A DNA stretch of 11,224 bases from a virus: UHGV virus genome UHGV-1660473; one strand, 5' to 3'. Positions 7,594-11,224 of this stretch are shown one piece after another. Each line of letters begins with the position of its first letter. Position 1 is the stretch's first letter. The notes under the pieces were generated by a model. The model saw nothing but the letters and a program-made list of their open reading frames with translations, was not told the DNA's origin and did not search any database. The translations under genes were made by a program, and so were the position numbers.

Positions 7594-7927
7594 GAGAACC
7601 TCCCGCTACAGTTGCGCCCATGTCATTAACCATGCTTTGCCATATCTCACGCCCGACGTCAGTCAATCCGTCCTTAGTGACGCAACGCTCAAGAAGCTCG
7701 ATCCCCACGGTTTCCCACTGCGGGTAGAACACTTTCATGGCTGCCAGTGTGTAGCTATCGATCAGGCTGCGAACGCCTTTTACTCCATTGACGATTTCCA
7801 CACGTACGGCCTCGCCGTCCGCATCAACCATGAAATAGTCCCCGCCGCTGGTGGAGGTAATGTGGTTATACAGTGCCGACGCATACTTATTTGCCAGCGC
7901 ATTCAGTCGGAAATTTTTAGTAATCAT
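7586..7927 (-). CDS. Hypothetical protein, 113 aa
   Basis: Complete ORF in the track. SD-like GAGGATGGAG precedes the ATG at 7927. Confidence 0.65.
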   Translation of the reverse strand: MITKNFRLNALANKYASALYNHITSTSGGDYFMVDADGEAVRVEIVNGVKGVRSLIDSYTLAAMKVFYPQWETVGIELLERCVTKDGLTDVGREIWQSMVNDMGATVAGGSHA

Positions 7928-7937
7928 GGCTCCATCC

Positions 7938-8540
7938 TCAGTGCGTCACTGGTTCCGCTGGCATGCCGTTTTCATTCAGTTCAGCTATAAAGCTGTTGTG
8001 AAGTTCAGCAAGCGTTTCACGCCCAAATGGAGTCAGTGCTCCTTGTTCCACATCCATCATGGCTCTGTAGAAAATGATGGCGCGTTCTGTGCCAGACTCG
8101 ATGCCAAAACGTTCTATCATCGCGCCCTCAATGTTGTTTGCCATAGCGAGGCGCTCTGCTACTGGATACAGCGGCATGGCGACGATGCCGTTGGAATAAA
8201 TAGCCACTTCGGAAGGATTGCCAGTATCATCAATGATGCTGACAGTGCCGTTTTCCTCTCTCATTTCCAGCATGAATACTGTTGCGATCAGCCATCTCCA
8301 CATAATGACGTTATGCTGTGATGTGTAATCGAAATATCCCTGGTTGCCGCCATCGGCAATAGCGAGATGTATTGACATACCTTCATCTGGTTTATCGTCA
8401 TAATCCCCGGCATCCAGACGATTTACGGCATCAATATATGAGACGGCCTCAACGCGTTCTGTCATGCCATCGTTGCTGCGGTACATGATGTTTACGCCGT
8501 CAGGCGTTGCTTCTGCATGGAAAGTTAAGAAATTATTCAT
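7938..8540 (-). CDS. Hypothetical protein, ~200 aa (start re-assigned to an internal ATG of the track ORF 7938..8645)
   Basis: The ATG at 8540 (MNNFLTFHAEA...) is preceded by GAGG and overlaps the upstream gene's stop by 8 nt. The longer N-terminal extension in the track would overlap the 8533..8754 gene in another frame. Confidence 0.6.
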   Translation of the reverse strand: MNNFLTFHAEATPDGVNIMYRSNDGMTERVEAVSYIDAVNRLDAGDYDDKPDEGMSIHLAIADGGNQGYFDYTSQHNVIMWRWLIATVFMLEMREENGTVSIIDDTGNPSEVAIYSNGIVAMPLYPVAERLAMANNIEGAMIERFGIESGTERAIIFYRAMMDVEQGALTPFGRETLAELHNSFIAELNENGMPAEPVTH

Positions 8541-8754
8541 GTTTCGCCTCGCCTGAATGATTCTGTAACTCATATTTGCCCAACAATTCGTCCGCTTCCT
8601 GAATAGCTTCTGGTACGCCATTGAGCAGTGACATAACCGCGCCAATCATTAACTTGTCTCTGTTGCTGGGGCTGGCCCCTTCAAGCCAGAACCCTAAAAC
8701 AGTCTGAACCTGTTCGATGCGACATTGCGCTTCAATGAGCTGGATGTTGGTCAT
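8533..8754 (-). CDS. Hypothetical small protein, 73 aa
   Basis: Complete ORF in the track. SD-like GGAGAG upstream; ATGA overlap with the upstream gene. Confidence 0.55.
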   Translation of the reverse strand: MTNIQLIEAQCRIEQVQTVLGFWLEGASPSNRDKLMIGAVMSLLNGVPEAIQEADELLGKYELQNHSGEAKHE

Positions 8755-9014
8755 TTCGCACTCTCCACATCGATTAAACCGATATCTATCAGGGAGGTAA
8801 CTTTTTGTAGCCAGCTATTGATTACTGTCGCCTGTTCCCCTCCCACCGAGGGAACAATCTCATTCATCACATGAACCAGACCTGTGCGCGCTCTGGTAAG
8901 CCGTTCAGTCGCGCAATCTGCGGGAGTGAATGTGTCTGGATATGGCTCTTCACGCCCCAGCAATGATTCAATTTCCAGCTCACACGGATGACGATAAATT
9001 AAGTTGATATTCAT
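8751..9014 (-). CDS. Hypothetical small protein, 87 aa
   Basis: Complete ORF in the track. SD-like GGGGGTG upstream; ATGA start/stop overlaps on both sides. Confidence 0.55.
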   Translation of the reverse strand: MNINLIYRHPCELEIESLLGREEPYPDTFTPADCATERLTRARTGLVHVMNEIVPSVGGEQATVINSWLQKVTSLIDIGLIDVESAK

Positions 9015-9205
9015 TTTTCACCCCCAAGAATTACCAGCTCGGCACGGGCATCGTTAACCAAAGATGAGCACGCTTTAATCGCATCCACGACATCAGTAGC
9101 GTCCATTTCTTCAGCCGAAAGACTGACAGCAACCAGGACAGCCGCTGCTTGCTCGATTAATTGAAGTGCGGACGTAAGTCGAGGGGCATTAATTGAGTTA
9201 TTCAT
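9011..9205 (-). CDS. Hypothetical small protein, ~64 aa (internal ATG of track ORF 9011..9262)
   Basis: ATG at 9205 (MNNSINAPRL...) is preceded by a G-rich SD-like run and overlaps the upstream stop by 8 nt. Confidence 0.5.
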   Translation of the reverse strand: MNNSINAPRLTSALQLIEQAAAVLVAVSLSAEEMDATDVVDAIKACSSLVNDARAELVILGGEK

Positions 9206-9416
9206 TGGTTGCCCCCGTTTTTCCTGGCATTTCGCCACCTTCCAGCAGGAAATGAACGTCACGAACGGCGAGATCCAATATCGCGAGTAACGCCTTCAGT
9301 CTTTCGTCTCGTGAGGGAGAGTTGCTCACCAGAATGTCGTTAATCACTTCTGTCAGTGTGATGATCTGGCTTGTGCGTTCGAGGGGATCCATATGCACAT
9401 CGTAGGTTTTAATCAT
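9198..9416 (-). CDS. Hypothetical small protein, 72 aa (C-terminal segment of the long track ORF 9198..10235)
   Basis: ATG at about 9416 (MIKTYDVHMDPLER...) is preceded by GGAGG at ~6 nt. Upstream of this point the same frame turns into low-complexity, non-protein-like sequence. Confidence 0.5.
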   Translation of the reverse strand: MIKTYDVHMDPLERTSQIITLTEVINDILVSNSPSRDERLKALLAILDLAVRDVHFLLEGGEMPGKTGATNE

Positions 9417-9603
9417 GTGCCACCTCCATGCGGATACGACCAGCAAAAAAGCAGATGTGATCGCGCACCAGAGAACGGCGAGCATCGCGTTCAGACTCGG
9501 CAGCAATATGATGAATTTTGGCGGTAATTGTCGGGCAATCGCGGCGAACTGCGGCGATAATCCAGATAAATTGCGGTTTTTGGGTAGGGGTAGTAGCCAG
9601 CAT
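9409..9603 (-). CDS. Hypothetical small protein, ~64 aa; first gene of the small-gene chain
   Basis: ATG at 9603 (MLATTPTQKPQF...) is preceded by GGAGG at ~8 nt. Enterobacterial-type codon usage. Its stop overlaps the next start by 8 nt. Confidence 0.45.
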   Translation of the reverse strand: MLATTPTQKPQFIWIIAAVRRDCPTITAKIHHIAAESERDARRSLVRDHICFFAGRIRMEVAHD

Positions 9604-9632
9604 GTGGCAGCCTCCATTCGATAGCATGTAAC

Positions 9633-9668
9633 GCTACCACCGGAAACGCCAATTTCGCTGGTGGTAGC
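9633..9668. promoter_or_regulatory. Inverted repeat GCTACCACC-N16-GGTGGTAGC in the leader of the small-gene operon
   Basis: 9-bp perfect arms read directly, about 30 nt upstream of the ATG at 9603. No U-tract follows on either strand, so it is not a terminator; possibly an operator or RNA structure. Confidence 0.3.
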
Positions 9669-9924
9669 CCAGACAGGGTTGGCGTAACCGGCTCGAATGG
9701 ATACCGGCGCTTCCGCCGCCACTTCCCGCCCCTTTCCAGAAAGCGGGGTAACATCCTGCATGGCCGCAAAGAAATTGATGTCCTCCTCGCCTGTTTCATT
9801 CCCCGTTTTTTTCGGAGTGGAGGAGGCAGCATTCTTGCCGGCTATTTCAGGAGTAGGATTGTTTTTTTTCGTTTTTGACAACGAACGATCGGTCTCCCAG
9901 AGAGCCTGTTTGCCGAGTACAGGG

Positions 9925-10914
9925 TTATTCAGGGAGGTAACGGAAGGCCGTTTTTCGCGTTTTGCGTTTGCCGGAGCGCCTTGCGAGTTCCTCTTGAACT
10001 CTGCCGAAGGTGGACGAGTCGATAATGGCAGGGTGGCTGTTTTCCACATAGTATTTCGGGCGTTCGCCGTTGTTGACTCTGACCTTTTTGCTGATACAGT
10101 CGGTGATGTAGGTCTTATTGATGATGGCATCGCCTTTGTATCTCTCGTTGGAGAGAATGGACTGTATCGTGGAAAACTGCCATTCTGCTTTTCCCGTCGG
10201 GCTTTTGATGCCCTTTTCTTCAAGTAGTTTGGCAATTCCCTTTAAGCTGTCGCCTGCGAGGAAGCGGTCATATATAAAGCGGATCGTTTCGGCTTCTTCG
10301 GGGGCGATTTCGGGTTGTCCGTCCTCGCCCTTGCGATAGCCGAGGAAGTTCTTGTATCTGAATACTACCTTGCCTTCACGGGCGGCCTGCGCCTTGCCCC
10401 ATTTAATGTTGGCGCTGATATTTTCCGATTCGCTTTGGGCGATGCTGCCGTAGATGGTGATGTAAAATTCCGCACCGGGCTGATTGCTGTGGATGCCCTG
10501 CTCCTCAAAGTATACATCCACGCCCAGCTCATTGAGTAGTCGGACATACTTCAAGCAGTCCACCGTGTTCCGCGCGAACCGGGCAATGGATTTCGTGATG
10601 ATCATGTCGATTTTCCCTTGCTTGCATCGGCGGATCATGCGGTTGAATTCATCTCGGTTTTTCACGCTTGTGCCGGAGATGCCCTTGTCGGCGTAGATAC
10701 CTTCAAGCGTCCATCCGTTTTCGGAATTGATGCGTTCGGTATAGTGTTCCACCTGATTTTCATAACTGTTGAGCTGTTCCTCCTGCTTAGTGGAAACGCG
10801 GCAGTATGCCGCCACCCGCAGGACTCGGTAATGGGTTTTCACGCTCTCTCTGACCGATATTGTCGGTTCGATTATCCGCACCACTCTCGGCGGGGATACA
10901 ACAGTCTGTTCCAT
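9925..10914 (-). CDS. Serine recombinase (resolvase-type catalytic domain + recombinase domain), 329 aa, apparently lacking the C-terminal zinc-ribbon/coiled-coil domain of large serine integrases
   Basis: Complete ORF in the track with an AAGGAG SD 7 nt upstream. Contains the catalytic motif RVAAYCRVSTKQEEQ, IARFARN, and a recombinase-domain end HPAIIDSSTFGRVQEELARR, then stops 13 codons later. Codon usage (frequent AGA, CGA, CGG, CTC) is unlike the rest of the window. Confidence 0.8.
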   Translation of the reverse strand: MEQTVVSPPRVVRIIEPTISVRESVKTHYRVLRVAAYCRVSTKQEEQLNSYENQVEHYTERINSENGWTLEGIYADKGISGTSVKNRDEFNRMIRRCKQGKIDMIITKSIARFARNTVDCLKYVRLLNELGVDVYFEEQGIHSNQPGAEFYITIYGSIAQSESENISANIKWGKAQAAREGKVVFRYKNFLGYRKGEDGQPEIAPEEAETIRFIYDRFLAGDSLKGIAKLLEEKGIKSPTGKAEWQFSTIQSILSNERYKGDAIINKTYITDCISKKVRVNNGERPKYYVENSHPAIIDSSTFGRVQEELARRSGKRKTRKTAFRYLPE

Positions 10915-11224
10915 TGTCTGACTCCTTTCGTATGATCTGTCCGTTCAGCAGTATGATGTCTGCCGTTTTGTCGGTGTACAGGCGTATTTCGCTGACCGTG
11001 CGGTTCAGCCGCTCGGCGATGTCTGCCGTACTGTCAAGTTCGGCCTTCAGCCTTTGTACGGCGTAGCACCCGTTGCCGAGTTCTTTATATTTCCGAGCGA
11101 GGCATTTCGTCATTTTGCTTCGTAATACGGTTTTGTCTATTTCCGCCATGTCAAGCATTCGGCTGATCTCGTTGTTCAGGCGTATTACCTCGGCACTCGG
11201 TTCGTAGGGCGTTTCGGCAGGCAG
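10787..11224 (-). CDS. Hypothetical protein, partial (5' end beyond window); overlaps the recombinase start by ~128 nt
   Basis: Minus-strand frame is open from the window edge: ...LPAETPYEPSAEVIRLNNEISRMLDMAEIDKTVLRSKMTKCLARKYKELGNGCYAVQRLKAELDSTADIAERLNRTVSEIRLYTDKTADIILLNGQ..., followed by a low-complexity tail inside the recombinase ORF. Uses ATA, CGA and AGG codons like the recombinase. Confidence 0.4.
   Translation of the reverse strand: MPAETPYEPSAEVIRLNNEISRMLDMAEIDKTVLRSKMTKCLARKYKELGNGCYAVQRLKAELDSTADIAERLNRTVSEIRLYTDKTADIILLNGQIIRKESDNGTDCCIPAESGADNRTDNIGQRERENPLPSPAGGGILPRFH

Noticed and set aside
9121-9181. Apparent 1-nt frame inconsistency between my hand reading of this line and the supplied translation of ORF 9011..9262
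   Set aside because: Most likely my own character-indexing error rather than a real frameshift. The supplied ORF track was taken as authoritative, and all hand-derived coordinates should be treated as +/-1-2 nt.
9697-10227. 176-aa plus-strand ORF
   Set aside because: It is antisense to the recombinase and to the low-complexity frame, with non-protein-like composition.
9198-10235. 345-aa minus-strand ORF from the track
   Set aside because: Only its last 72 codons (9198..9416) look like a real gene with an SD. Upstream, the frame is Pro/Ser/Thr/Lys-rich low-complexity sequence that overlaps the SD-preceded gene 9409..9603 in another frame and then runs antisense-offset through the recombinase 3' region. 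It is an accidentally open frame.
1-11224. Scan for tRNA, rRNA and CRISPR arrays
   Set aside because: No T-arm GGTTCGA-type motifs in cloverleaf context and no regularly spaced direct repeats with unique spacers were seen. The only tandem repeats are the 9-bp iterons.

Overview
The window reads as a fragment of an enterobacterial-type phage or prophage-like element, transcribed almost entirely leftward (minus strand). All assignments come from reading the sequence and the supplied ORF track; no database search was run, and hand-derived coordinates may be off by 1-2 nt. From high to low coordinates: (i) a right-hand segment (~9.6-11.2 kb) whose codon usage differs sharply from the rest, carrying a partial ORF and a serine recombinase that appears to lack its C-terminal zinc-ribbon domain; (ii) a chain of eight small, overlapping genes of unknown function (7222-9603); (iii) a 919-aa primase-helicase (zinc-binding motif, TOPRIM-like motifs, P-loop); (iv) a 580-bp non-coding region with a candidate iteron/AT-rich replication origin, two TACGA-N5-TCGTA palindromes and an intrinsic terminator; (v) a possible 53-aa ribbon-helix-helix ORF; (vi) a four-gene block resembling a podovirus DNA-ejection module, ending in a partial protein with an N-terminal lytic transglycosylase domain. 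No tRNA, rRNA or CRISPR array was seen. The most notable observations are the compositional junction with the truncated recombinase, the candidate origin next to the primase, and the uncharacterised early-gene chain. I did not find a clearly recognisable novel defence system.
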